Source of the DNA: Heteronotia binoei
Taxonomy: Eukaryota
Length of the DNA: 64,000 bases
Direction: 5' to 3'
Assembly: GCF_032191835.1 (NCBI RefSeq)
Contig: NC_083237.1
Location: forward strand, 41,850,001 to 41,914,000
A model generated the notes under the pieces. It was not told the DNA's origin. It made no database searches and saw only the letters and a program-made list of their open reading frames with translations. Position numbers and translations under genes: made by a program. Shown piece by piece: positions 1-12,729 of this stretch (positions are counted from its first letter, which is position 1; each line of letters opens with the position of its first letter).

Positions 1-3000
1 TATTAAAACTTAAAGACTTTTTAGACAAGCAAGCCAAAAATTGGGGAAAAAAACAAAAGAAAGAAAGGAATAATTTGAGAAGTTCCTCTGAAAGGTCAAG
101 TGACCTTGAACAAGAACCAGAAATAGACCAGGAAGGGAGAACAGGAATATAGACAAGACTCGAGAAAAAGGGAAAAAAATCTATAATTTCCAAGCAGAAG
201 CTAAATAACAAAAAAAAAAAAATGGCAACCCAAATGAAAATAATCTTGATAAATATAAATGGCCTTAACTCCCCACAAAAGAAGAAGAAAATATACCATC
301 AACTTAAGAGATGAATGTTGACAATATGCCTTCAGGAGATGAAAGTAAGAGCAAAAGATTGCGCCTTTTTGGAAAATAAAAAACTGTAATTTGTATACAG
401 CTTCACTTATAGATAAAAAAGAGGCTTGGCAACTTTTGTTAAAGGGAAATTTAATTCCAAAATGATTTTTTAAATCTGAAGATGTGAGAATTCTAATCGT
501 GGAGATAGAAAGACTAGATTAGAAATTATTATTAGTTAACATCTATGCTCCAAATGAGAACCAGGAACCATTCTTGCATCAAATTGCATCAAATTCTATC
601 TGAATATGATAATGAAAATATATGTATTGTGGGAGATTACAATGCGGTGTTTGATAAAGGAGAAGATAGAAAGACATCAAGCACAAAAAGTAAAACAGGC
701 CAAGTATTGCCAAGAAGCTTTTCCAAATGGTGGAAGAATACAAATTAGTGGATGCCTGGAGAACATGAAACCCAAATATAAAGGATTTTACATTTTTTTC
801 GCATAGACATAACTCCTGGCCACAGCTGGATATGTGTTGGATGACTCTTGGAATGATACAACACCTAGAAGAGATAGAAATTCTACCAAGGACTTTTGCG
901 GACTATAGCCCACTGCTGATAACTATAAAAGATCTACAAAGGAAATGTAATTGGAAGCTTAACACACATATTTTGAGAAATAAAAACTTTGTCCACTAGA
1001 CTAAAAAAGAACTTTAATCTTATTTTGACATCAACAAATGGTGAAACCTCTTATAAGGTTATCTGGGATGCTAGTAAAGCCTTATTTGAAAATACAAACA
1101 AACCTGGTAGCTGGATGTCTTACAGAATCAGAAAGGAGTAAGAAAAAAAATCGATAACGTCATTAAGAGATAATAAGGGCGTAGAGAAATTTCATCTTCA
1201 AGATATCAAAGAAATTGCAAGAAAGTTTTATACTGAGTTATATCAAAGAACTGAAGTCAAAACTTCTCAACAATGTCAGTATTTAGATAAACAAAACCTG
1301 CCACAAATCAATGATGAACTTTCGAAAAACTTGAATAGTTCTATCACAATGCAAGAAATTACACAAGCTTGGGAAAAACAAAAGAAAGGTAAATCATCGG
1401 GTCCTGAAGACTTACCGATTGAGTATTACTTTGCATTTGAGGACTGTCTCTTGCTGCCCTATAAGAAGTTAATAGACTTTATTTGGTGTGACGGAGAAAT
1501 ACCAGAATCATGGAGACAAGCTAACATCTCATTAATACACAAAGAAGAAAAAGATCCTAAAGAAATTATGAACTATAGGCCAATATCCTTATTAAATGTC
1601 GATTATAAAATCTTTGCGACCATATTGGCAAACAGATTGAAAAAAGTGTTAAACACCAAGACCAGTCGCGATTTCTCCCCAAAAGACAGCTCCGAAACTG
1701 TGAGAGTGATATTTGACACCCTTGAATATTATGAAGCTAATCCGGATAAAGAACTTGCATTAATCTTTCTCGACGTGGAGAAGGCATTAGATAAAATGAA
1801 CTGGAACTTCCTAACAACAACTCAAGATAATGAATTTCAGTGAACACTTTATTTCTATGATCCAAACTATATATAACAAACAAGAAGCAAAAATTTCAGT
1901 GAATGGAGATCTAACAAAATTGAGCTTTGGAAAGGAGCCAAACAAGGATGCCCTCTATCACCCCTGTTGTATATACTAACACTAGAGGTCCTCAACATAG
2001 CCATCTGAAACAATGTGGAAATTAAAGGGTTAAAAGGGTTAAAAACCAAACAAGAAGAATTTAAATTACAGTCCTTCGCAGATGATATGGTCTTCATTTT
2101 GGAAAACCCAGAAGACTCAATTGAGATACTATTGAAAGAACTAGAAGAATCTGGAACAATGGCTGGTTTAAAAGTTAACAGGCAAAAGACAAAAATTGTG
2201 ACTAAAAATATATCTATTCAAAAAGGGAGAGGTTAAGAAGAAAAAACAGGTTTTCAGATAGAGAAGAAAATAAAATATTTGGGCATACAAATTACAAATA
2301 GATGTAGTTCCCTGTTTGATGATAATTACCTCAGAACTCTCTAAGATACTGAAAAGCAATTGTTGAGTTGGGGAAAATTACATTATTTCTTAGGATTTCT
2401 TACGACTTATTGAGATTGTTTGAAATAAAAAATAATAATTTTGGTAAAATCATCATCTAGGGCTATTCTCCCTAGAAAGTCCTAAGACATCCTTTTTTTC
2501 AAAACCTGAATAAAAGCATGTCAAAATTTATCTAAGCAGGAAAAAATACCCAAATTAAATGGAAAATAATGCAAGATACAAGAGACAGAGGGGAGTTGGC
2601 ATTGCTGGACTGGCAACTATATCATAGAGCGAGTACTCTGGTATGGATACGGGATTGGATTGCCTTGGATAATAAAAGGTTATTAGCCATTGAAGGTCAT
2701 GATTTAAGACTAGGATGGCATGCTTTTATATGGTACAACATTCAGGCCATAAATATTTTAATAATCATATAATCAGGAAATCTTTACAAATTAGAAGAGG
2801 AGACAGTCAAAGAGACAATGATTAAGTGGTCGCAAAATCTAGAGGTTGAAATAAACATTGACCAATGGTCCCAAATGTGGAAAATAAGTTATAAAATGAC
2901 AAAATCAGTAACTCTTAAGGAAAATTTGGTAAAGATGTTTCTTTCACCATTCGTATTTAACACCCAGTAGATTATCAAAAATCTATCCTAAAACCTCAAA

Positions 3001-3381
3001 CTTGTGTTGGAAGTATAAAGAGAAACCAGGTAAGTTTTTTCACGTATGGTGGCTATGTAAAAGGGCTAATAATTATTGGGGGAAGTTACATGAATGGTTA
3101 CAGAAAGTGCTGAAAAAATTATACCTTTTACGCCGCAGATTTTTTTCCTTAGTATGATGCAACAAGAAATTGAGAAAGAAGACAGACATATGGTAGTACG
3201 TTCTGTAATGACAGCCAGAATTCTCTATGCTGCTCATTGGAAACAGATGCATGTACCTACAAAGGAAGAGCTCATAGGAAAAAATTTAGAAATTGCAGAA
3301 CTAGAGGTTCTGACCGATATGGTAAACGGTAAATCTAAGGAAGAGGCGTTAGCTAAATGGAAGAAATTTTATGATTTATGA
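1..3381 (+). mobile_element. Degenerate L1-clade LINE (end of ORF1 region plus disrupted ORF2: APE endonuclease, RT, C-terminal Cys-His motif)
   Basis: ATG at 222 opens MATQMKIILININGLNSPQKKKKIY (APE start). Fragments read IVGDYNAVFD, NYRPISLLNVDYKIFATILANRLK, LIFLDVEKALD, QGCPLSPLLY, SFADDMVF and CWKYKEKPG-FFHVWWLC, ending AKWKKFYDL-stop at 3381. Many stops and frameshifts. Confidence 0.9.
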
Positions 3382-3473
3382 AACTCTGGGCCATCAGTAT
3401 GATCCCCATGTTATTCTAACAATAACCCTGTAAAGTACTTTAGAGTGAGGCAGTGACTAGTGCAAGGTCAACT

Positions 3474-4055
3474 GAGAGCCAGCTTGGTGTAGTGGTTAAG
3501 TGTGTGTAATCTGGGAGAACTGGGTTTGAATCCCCACCCTTCCACGGGCACCTTGGGCCAGCCACAGTTCTTGCAGAGCTGTTCTCTCAAGAGTAGTTCT
3601 CTGAGACCTCTCTCAGCTCCCATTTGCCTCTCAGGGTGTCTGTTGTGGGGAGAGGAAGGGAAAGAGATTATAAACTGCGCTGACACTCCAAGGGAAGGAA
3701 AGAAAAGGTCCCCTGTGCAAGTACCAGTCATTTCTGACTCTGGGGTGATGTTGCTTTCACAACGTTTTCATGGCAGACTTTTTTACAGGGTGGTTTGCCA
3801 TTGACTTCCTCAGTCATCTACACTTTCCCCCCAGCAAGCTGGGTACTCATTTTACTGACTTGGAAGGATGGAAGGCTGAGTCAACCTGGAGCCAGCTACC
3901 TGAAAACCCAGCTTCCGCCAGAGATCGAACTCAGGTCGTGAACAGAGCTAAGGACTGCAGTACTGAAGCTTTATCGCTCTGCGTCATGGGGCTCTTATCC
4001 AAGGGAAGGGCTGAGTACATATAATCCTACTCCTCCTCTTCCTTCTTCTTCCTCC
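3474..4055 (+). mobile_element. Squam3-like tRNA-derived SINE, interrupted near its 3' end by a Sauria SINE
   Basis: Head gagagccagcttggtgtagtggttaag (A box) and ctgggtttgaatcccc (B box), body ctcagggtgtctgttgtggggagagg, CTT-rich tail resuming after 4009. Confidence 0.85.
3699..3997 (-). mobile_element. Sauria (Squam1)-type SINE with 12-bp TSD
   Basis: Reverse complement reads gagccccatgacgcagagcg...caggtagctggctccaggttgactcagccttccatcc...gcacaggggaccttt. TCCAAGGGAAGG lies at both 3687-3698 and 3998-4009. Confidence 0.85.
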
Positions 4056-4377
4056 ACTGAGTTTCCTGGCAGGTTTGAACACACACTTCCCCAACTAGTA
4101 GCTTGGCACTACTAGTCCTATACCACACTGATCCTACCTTTTAGATGGCCAACTATCAATCAATATCTCAGTAGGACACCTTCGCTAAACAGCCATTTCC
4201 TGGATTGAAAATATAGCCTCACATCCACTTTATTCCACCAGGAGGGTCAGGATTAGATTAATCATTGGGCAACAAAAGGGTACAAATTAAAAACTTTTTT
4301 TTTTTTGCCCAACTGTGACTTTTTGTGATAACACCATTTTCCCAAGCATGTCCTCTCAGTGTTAGTGAAGAACAAGA

Positions 4378-4473
4378 GGTTGGACCCAGCCAGTTTTTTT
4401 TTCACTTAGTTTGGTGGTCCAAGAGGACTACATCCTCCTTTTTTATCCACATTAACACTGGTTGGATCCAACT
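4378..4473. mobile_element. Short MITE-like element with ~16-bp TIRs (paralog of 38260-38416)
   Basis: ggttggacccagccag ... ctggttggatccaact. Confidence 0.55.
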
Positions 4474-4639
4474 AATGGATTATTCTATGCTGGATGTCTT
4501 TCCTTGTGAGATGAGACTTGAAAGTATGGGCGGGGGGGAAAGCTAAAGTAATCTAACCTCTACTTCCTTCAAAAATAATATTTTCAGAAGCTTAAGAGAA
4601 AATATTATTCTATGGCCAAACATCCCATCTTTAGCATGG

Positions 4640-5569
4640 TCAAAGTTTTCTATGAAACAGTTTCTTCATGCAGTTCTTCACGTCTCTGTTTCTCAAGGTA
4701 TATACAAGCGGGTTAAACATTGGGACTAAAATGGCATAGAACAAAGAAAGCCATTTGTTGATATCTTTTGTCTCTTTCGATCTGGGAGTCAGATGGGCAA
4801 TAATTGCTGAGCCATAGAATAAAGATACCATGATGATGTGTGAGGAGCAAGTAGCAAACATTTTCTTCTGACCTTCTACTGAAGGCATCTTCAGAATGGT
4901 GGAGATGATCTTTATGTAAGACGCAACAATAAGGAAAAATGGGAGGATTAGGATAACTATGGAAGCTGCAAACAAATAAACTTCATTCACAAAAATGTCA
5001 GCGCAAGCCAACTCCAGCACTGGACTCAAATCACAGAAGAAATGGTCAATTTCACGAGAGCCACAAAAAGGCAGTGTAAACAGCAGGTATGTTTGCCCCA
5101 TGTGCACAAGCATGCTAAGAGTCAATGGCCCAGTAACAAGTCTTAAACAGACCTTCCTGCTCATTATAAGTTTATAATGTAAGGGGTGACATATGGCCAC
5201 ATATCGATCATAGGCCATTGCAGCCAGAAGGAAGCACTCTGTGCTTGCTAGTACATACATAGCATACATTTGGACAGCACAGCCAACAAAGGAGATGTTC
5301 TTGTTTTCTGCCAGAAAGTTAACCAGCATCTTTGGGAGGGTGATTGAGGTGTAGAAGATCTCCAGAAAGGATAGCTTCCTCAGAAAGAAATACATTGGGC
5401 TATCTAGAGCAGCATCAGTCAAGGTAACATAAATTGTAAGTCCATTTCCTAATATGATGCCCACATAGATGAAAAGGAACACCATAAAGAGCAGAACCTG
5501 TAGAACAGGAAATTCAGAATATCCAAGGAGAATGAAGTCAGATAGTGCTGTGTGATTCTCTTTTATCAT
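4640..5569 (-). CDS. Olfactory receptor, family-10-like, intact 309 aa
   Basis: OR motifs: N-glycosylation site NHT, GN in TM1, LDSPMYFFL, FVGC, MAYDRYVAICHPLHY, HFFCD, FATCSSH, PMFNPLVYTLRN. Confidence 0.95.
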   Translation of the reverse strand: MIKENHTALSDFILLGYSEFPVLQVLLFMVFLFIYVGIILGNGLTIYVTLTDAALDSPMYFFLRKLSFLEIFYTSITLPKMLVNFLAENKNISFVGCAVQMYAMYVLASTECFLLAAMAYDRYVAICHPLHYKLIMSRKVCLRLVTGPLTLSMLVHMGQTYLLFTLPFCGSREIDHFFCDLSPVLELACADIFVNEVYLFAASIVILILPFFLIVASYIKIISTILKMPSVEGQKKMFATCSSHIIMVSLFYGSAIIAHLTPRSKETKDINKWLSLFYAILVPMFNPLVYTLRNRDVKNCMKKLFHRKL

Positions 5570-8044
5570 TGTTGGTGGTATCTGCTTGCTCTAGAATAAA
5601 AACAACATGAAACACACATTAATCACCCCAAACAAAATAGTTATACATTTCACACAATCGGAATTTCAATTCTTTGTTACATAGTTAAGTGTCTAAATTC
5701 AATTGCTGCCTTTTACAAACATATACTACATATATGCTGTCTGGGTTGTCTCCTGCTAGTTTTTCTACTGATTAGAGAGGAAGATCAAGCTGGTTTGAAG
5801 ACTGCTTTGCACATAATTTAGCAAAAGCAATCTGACTTTCTGCAACCTGACATGGATGGCCCAGGATTTCCTTTACCTCAAACAAGATTAGACATAGCTG
5901 CTCAAAGTCTGTAGTCTTAAATTCACTTTCCTGGGAGTAAACCCCATCAAATAATATAGACCTTTTGAGTAGACTTGCTTTGTATTGATCTCCCCCTCTC
6001 TTTTTAAAAGATAGGCTCAGAGTTCTTAATTTGCACTGTATGGTATGTACATGAAAGAGATTTAAATTTGCACTGTATGTGTGTACATGAAAGAGATTTA
6101 TACTAGGATCTTCAGTATTCAAAATGCTGCTCTTATGAACAAACAGGTCATTGCATCTTTGATAAAATAACTGTCTGGCTAAACTTAGTTTTTATGAAAT
6201 ACCACAGAAACACAGGAAAGTAGTTAAGGAAGACAACTCACTTCCAGTGCTTTATTTGGGAATTAGTCATGACTAAGTTTTATGAGGACTGGGGCTGAAA
6301 ATCACAGGGAAACCATGACCTTCTTATTTATCATGTTTCAATACTTCAGTAAAACTGTAACCACCCTACCAGTGTATTTCAGAAGTGCTCCCATTTATAA
6401 GGCCTTAATGTTCCTCTATAGCAGTGGATATTTCTGCCTTTTACTAATAGAAGAGGTATATGTTCCATGAAAGTTTTATTTAATACCTTTATAGAACCTT
6501 TAGATCAAACTGTTTGCCATGTAAACACTATGACAGCAAATTGAGAAATTATCTTTTAACCAGTAGACATTCTAACCAATGAGGCAATGAGATGCTAAGT
6601 ATAGTTCGTAAGACTGAGAAAATTATAGAAGAATATATTTGCCAGTGAGTAAATACAAATCTTTTAATCAATTAAAAATAAATATTATATCTACGGTTAA
6701 ATATTCCACCAAGTATATGCATCAGTTATTTACTACAGAGCATAACATAGAATATCCAGGTTTCCAGGAGCTTCCCCATGTACAAACTGACCAGTTTCAG
6801 ATCTGCTGAACTTCAGTAATGTTAAGCATACCCTGGGACTAGATTCGACTTGCAATCTTGGCCGAAGGAACTGATTTTAACGGTTCATGCCTGTGTGGAT
6901 TCAAAAATTTATAGTTCTACATTGGTGAGTGGTCTAATATTATTTATCTTGCATTCTATTTGTATGGAAGAAAGGTATGCTTATAAATATTTAATTTTAA
7001 TATATATGTGAGGATATATTGGGCCACTGGAGATTTTGATAACTGTCCAGTTTGCTAAAATTCTTACCCATATTTCTGGTATCTGTTAACACTGCAGATT
7101 CAGTGCACAGAAAAAAAAATATGGTTGGCCATTATCATTCCTATCTTCACATCATCCACAAGCATGGAAGATCCCAAACAGACTTGTGCTTTCTTAGCAA
7201 AGCACTTGCAATACATCATGTATTCTTGATGCATTATATGAGAATTGGTATACTTCAAAAGATGAACAATTCAGAAAATAGCATTTTTTTTTACCTCTAC
7301 TGTTTCATGGGTCTCCAATTATATGTTCATGTAAACTGGACAGCAGTGGGTCTTTTCTTGTTTCTTGTTTCTCCCGTGCTCTTGATACTTAAGTAGAAAG
7401 ATTTGTGTACCATTAACAGCTTAGTGTGATTAAATACTTCTTGGGAGGGATTCCACTGATTTTTGCTGTTGTTCAGGATGTCAAAATGAATAGTGTTCTA
7501 TGGTCTGTAGGGAAAACCTCCTCATTAAAAAGAACACACACACACACCTCCCGGATATATTTGAATCTGAGAAAACAAGAATGTTATATCAAATTGAGTG
7601 CTTTCTGTGACAATTGGTTGATTAATACCCACAAGAATATTTTGCTAGACCAAATAAATTGTGAATAAATTCACAAGGGACACATAACTCCACAATGATT
7701 TTAATTTGGAATACCATGGGACAGTTTTGCTCTAATACTATAAAACATTTTTTAAATATATATAATATTGTCCTGTGGCATACTGGAACAATATCCTGGT
7801 AAGAGAATTATCCCTGATACATTTGATTCTGAGAAACCTGGATCTGGATCCCAGGAAACAAAGGTTTTATCTAGGATGTAATACATTCCCTGAGATTTTT
7901 TTAGTTAATACACAAAAAAACATATTCCCAGGACTCATAAACTCTGAGTTAATTCACAAGGGACATACAACTTTGCCATCAGTTCCTTTGGCAATCACAA
8001 CACAGTTGATCTGTGCCATCAAACACTGACGTTATTGTTGTCTG

Positions 8045-8414
8045 CATCAGCATATCCTTGCTGCTTAGTAAGACATCAGGCTGGAGTCAGATGCCAGTGA
8101 TCTATGACAGTTCCTGACAGCTTACCTTATCTGGTTTATACCGGTTCTGTCCAGTCTACTGTGCCTATGCAAGATGACTTAGCACTAAGTGCTGATTGGT
8201 GTTTCTGTATTGCTGTATGTATATAACTGTGAATAGTTTATACAGTTCATCTCTGCTCTCAATTGTGTTGTCTGGCGAAGCACTTTGTCAGTGTATACCA
8301 GCATAACTGTATATTTGTAAATAAATGTAAATAGTTAGCATAAGTCAGTGTGCAACTGTTGCTGTCTATTATTAAGCCTCACAACTCCAGAGCATACCAG
8401 CACATACACCAACA
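8045..8414 (+). repeat. Copia 5' LTR (370 bp)
   Basis: Aligns with 12730-13081, ends in CA at 8413-8414 directly before the PBS, contains AATAAA. Confidence 0.93.
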
Positions 8415-8437
8415 GGGTTATGGGCCCAGCACGCTTC
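8415..8437 (+). promoter_or_regulatory. Primer binding site complementary to the internal (5'-half) region of initiator tRNA-Met
   Basis: gggttatgggcccagcacgcttc is the reverse complement of GAAGCGTGCTGGGCCCATAACCC of vertebrate tRNAiMet (23/23). Confidence 0.9.
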
Positions 8438-8490
8438 TACTGCGCTGTGCTCTGGAGGTTCTGAACGAGGTTGGACTGCTGTGGTGACCT

Positions 8491-9342
8491 GTGACTGAAT
8501 GGATGTCTGCAGCTGCTGCTTCTGGAGACAAGATGGAAGATGTGCTCAGCCAGGCTTCTGATAACAGCTCGGAGGTTGGGAGCGAGTCTGAGGACCAGCT
8601 GCCGGATGGAGATGACAGCATGGCCCAGGCGCCAACTGCTCTGCTGGTGGAGAAGCTCATCTCTACTAATTATAATGTGTGGGGTCTTCAGATGGAACAT
8701 TATCTTAAGCATGAGGGTCTATGGCTGTATGTTGAGGCTCCCCTGGACCCGCCAGCTGCTGGAGACGACGTCAAGGATGAAAAAACCGTTGCAACCATTG
8801 TTTGGAGCATGGCAGATGACCAGTTTGTGCACGTGTCCAGTAAGACTAAGGCTAAGGAAGCGTGGGACAGTCTGAAGGCAGTATATGTGCAAAGCACAGC
8901 CGGGTCTCTAATAGCAATTACCCGTCACTTGTACCGGATGGTCATGAGACTGGAGGAGTCTGTGAGGGTTCATCTAAACACTTTGGCTGAGTGCTTTCAG
9001 CAACTGGAACAGCATGGAAAAACTGTACCGGATGAGGATAAAATGTTCATTATTCTCAGTTTTCTGTCAATGGATTATAACATGCTGATAACTTCGCTCG
9101 AGTCTACTGAAGCAAACAGATTAACCTTGGCTTATGTTATTGGATGGCTGCTGGAAGAAGAATCGAGGCAGAGGGAGTCCAGTTTCTCAGAGACCTGGCA
9201 GTATTCCAGGGCGGGAGAAGCGACTAAGGCCAGCTGTGAGACCGTCCGAGCAGAGAGCACAAAGCAACATGGAGAGGCATCTCAAATTGCTCTGAAAGTA
9301 TGCAGATGTTTCTGCTGTGGATATACAAAGCACCTGAAATGA
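8491..9342 (+). pseudogene. gag: Copia gag (UBN2/Retrotran_gag-like) with degenerate zinc knuckle
   Basis: EKLISTNYNVWGLQMEHYLKHEGLWLYV, TAKEAWDSL-like segment, ILSFLSMDYNML, CFCCGYTKHL knuckle remnant. Confidence 0.85.
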
Positions 9343-9417
9343 TCATACCCAAAGTGGGAGAAGAGAGGCAGACCTGGGGGGCTGCTTCACAACTCTTCAC
9401 ATAACCAGAATGCCACA

Positions 9418-12400
9418 TTGGTGGTCACTGACATGGCTGCTGCATGTGGGGTGTGGATTTTAGTTTCAGGAGCATCCGAGAACTTTGGCCAAGATGAATG
9501 CCTGCTACACAACACACAGTCCTCATTGCTGCAGCATGTGAGTCTATCTGATGGCTGGAACTCTGAGGTGCGGTGTCAGAGAAGTGTCACATTCCCAGCT
9601 CTTCAATACACATTCACAGAAGTGCTATGTGTCCCTGCTCTTGAGAACAATTTGCAGAGCGTGCTTGCTTTGGACAAAGCTGGATTTACTGTTACTTTTG
9701 CCAGCAACTCAATCAAAATAATGAAGGGTGGCAGAGTGTTCACTGTGGGAAGGTTGCAAAACAATGTCTATGTGATAGAAAATTTATCTGTGGGAGCACA
9801 GGTGGTAACTAACACAAGACCTCATGATAATTGTGTTCATTTGCTCCACCGAAGGCTGGGGCATGCCAGTTTTAACACTATCAGCAAAACATTTGCTATA
9901 GTGGGACATGAGGGAGTGAATGAGTGCAAGGTGTTTCTTGTTTGTGAGGTGTGCAAATGTACAAAATCAAAAGCATTCCCGGTTGCCAGGAAAAGTGAAA
10001 GAGTGTCTGTGAATCCATTGGCTTTGGTGCATGCAGATGTAATAGGACCTTACCCCAAAAGCCACTCTAATAAGAGGTTTGCACTAATCCTTGTTGATGA
10101 TTTTTCCAAATTCTCATGGGTGTATGTACTCAAAAAGAAGTCTGATGTGTTCACAATGATAAAATATTGAGCCCGAAAGGTACACAAACAACTGGGTGAA
10201 TTGTGTGCTTTGAAAACTGACATGGGGGGCGAATTTATGTCTTCTGAGTTTAGCGATGGTTGCAAGCACAAGGTATAACTCACAAAGTGGCAAATGTATC
10301 AACGCCACAAGAAAACTGTGGCTGAAAGAAAGGGGGGAGTTTTGCAAGCTATGATGCAGTCTATGCTTACTGATGCTGGTTTATCTATTACTTACTGGGC
10401 TGAAGCATTGAATCCTGCGTGCTACATCAGCAACAGGATTTGGTCTAGGCCCATAGATAACATTTCCTACAAGGTGTTGTACAAGAAAAATCCCAGTTTG
10501 GGACATTTAAGAATTTTTGGCACCAAGGCCTGGGTGAATGTTTCTTTAAACCAGAGGTGAAAAGGGGGAGCTCACTTCAAAAAGCTTCTCTTCCTCGGTT
10601 ATCATACAGGAATGAAAGCATACAAGTTTGCAACCGAACATCAAACACTAAGTTTTAGCAGGTCTGCCAATTTTAATGAAGCCCAGAATTGGCACAGAGT
10701 GTATACTAACAAGTTGCCTCCGCAGGTTGCGCTCCCCATATCAGAGGAAACCACAAGTGTAAAACAGGCGATTGTTCACACTCAGAGGATTGTCGCCTAG
10801 GAGAAACTGAATGAGCAAGAAGAAGAAGAAGATATTGGATTTATATCCCGCCCTCCACTCCGAAGAGTCTCAGAGCGGCTCACAATCTCCTTTACCTTCC
10901 TCCCCCACAACAAACACCCTGTGAGGTGGGTGGGGCTGGAGAGGGCTCTCACAGCAGCTGCCCTTTCAAGGACAACCTCTGCCAAAGCTATGGCTGACCC
11001 AAGGCCATGCTAGCAGGTGCAAGTGGAGGAGTGGGGAATCAAACCCGGTTCTCCCAGATAAGAGTCCGCACACTTAACCACTACACCAAACAGGTGCCAA
11101 GAGGTTCTACCAGAAGTACAAAGGGTATAGCACCAATCAGATTTGGGTTTAATATCACTGCTCTAAATTATGTGTATGTAAAAGAGCCAAAGAGTTATCA
11201 GGAAGTGTTAACTTTGCCTGAGTCAGAGATGCAAGCCTGGCAAACTGCCATGCAGGCTGAACATGATTCTCTTTCTGCAAATGTGGTATTTACTCTGACT
11301 AATTTACCTGCTGACAAAAATGTTATCAGTTGCCGCTGGTTATTCAAACTGAAATCCTTACTGGATAGTGGGATGCAGAGAAAAGCCAGGCTAGTAGCAA
11401 GGAGTTTTTCCCAAGTTGAGGGACTTGACTATGATGAAGTGTTTGCTCCTATGGTCAACTGATATGCTAAAAGCAGCATTGTGCAAGGCCGGGCTTGATA
11501 AAATGCAGGTGCACCATTTTGATTTCACTATTGCTTATTTAAATGCCTGAAGAGATGAAGAGCTCTACATGGAGCAAATTTCGGGGTTTGAAAGCACTAA
11601 CCAAAACCTTGTGTTAAGACTTAACAAAGCTCTGTATGGTTTAAAGCAAAGTCCAAGAGCGTGGAATCAATGTCTGAGTAAAGCTTTAACTGATCTTGGA
11701 TTCATATAGGCAATTGCTGACCCATGTATGTTTAGCAAAACTATCAGGAAAACTAAATGCTATCTGTTTATATTTGTGGATGATTTATGTCTTCTGTTTC
11801 ATGACAACATGCAGCTGCAATGGTTTACACATACAACTCAACACCTGTTTAAGATTAAACATTCGGGCAGCATTCAGCACTACTTGGATGTGGACATTAT
11901 AAGGAACACAAGGATGTTTTGAGTTCAGTTAGAAGAATAAAATAACTAAGCTGCTTGAAGACTATAATATGACAAATGCAAACTGTGTTACCATACCAAT
12001 GACCACGGGCTATAGAAAAGAGCCTGATGACAATGTGTTTGAAAACAAAGCATTGTATCAATCACTAATTGGATCCTTACTATATATATAGCATCTTGCT
12101 CAAGACGAGATATCTATAGTGCGATTCATATGTTGTGTCAGAAGTGTGCATGCTTTTTTTATGAAAGATTGGACTGCAGCAAAAAGGGTATTAAGGTATC
12201 TAAAAGGTACTGCTGCAAGCAAATTAGTGTTAGGCACTACCTCAACACAACAAATAACAGCTTACAGTGATTCAAGCTAGGGAGATAGAAAGGATGGAAG
12301 GTCCACAACAGGCTATGCTGTGTATGTGCATGGGGCTCTTGCGTTGTGGAAATCTTTGAAACAAATACACGTTTCAACCAGTACTTGTGAAGCAGAGTAT

Positions 12401-12700
12401 CCTGCATTAAGTGATTGTGGTGTTCAGCTGGAATGGTTATATCAGCTACTAATAGACCTAAACATGCAATGTAACTTACCTATGTGTGTATTTTGTGACA
12501 ATACTGCTGCTCAACAGTTGGCAAATGCAGAAGGTGTCAAAACAAGAAGTAGACACATTAACATTCATTATCAGAATGTCAGGGAGATTGTACATAGACG
12601 TTTGATCATGTTACCGTACTGTTCTTCTGATGTTAACATAGCAGACATGTTCACTAAATGTTTGAGTATGGACAAATTTGTAACTCTGAATTCAAAGACT
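9418..12700 (+). pseudogene. pol: Copia pol (protease, integrase, RT, RNase H), disrupted
   Basis: WILVSGAS (protease DSGAS with D>V), LHRRLGHAS...CEVC, LVHADVIGP, KTDMGGEF, VAERK, WQTAMQAEHDSL, KARLVARSFSQVEGLDYDEVFAP, FVDDL, TCEAEY, CDNTAA, ADMFTK. Many stops. Confidence 0.9.
10817..11093 (-). mobile_element. Young Squam3-like SINE inserted in the Copia IN-RT linker
   Basis: Reverse complement tttggtgtagtggttaagtgtgcggactcttatctgggagaaccgggtttgattcccc, (CTT)n tail, CpGs retained. Confidence 0.9.
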
Positions 12701-12720
12701 AGGACTCACCACCTGAGTCT

Positions 12721-12729
12721 TAGGGGGAG
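12721..12729 (+). promoter_or_regulatory. Copia polypurine tract
   Basis: TAGGGGGAG immediately before the TG start of the 3' LTR. Confidence 0.8.

Noticed and set aside
6028-6101. ~38-bp tandem duplication upstream of OR1 (single copy in the paralog)
   Set aside because: Ordinary local slippage with no functional signal
6820-6845. O/E (EBF)-like site ccctggga upstream of OR1
   Set aside because: Not conserved in the paralogous flank at about 41555, and the motif is too short to support
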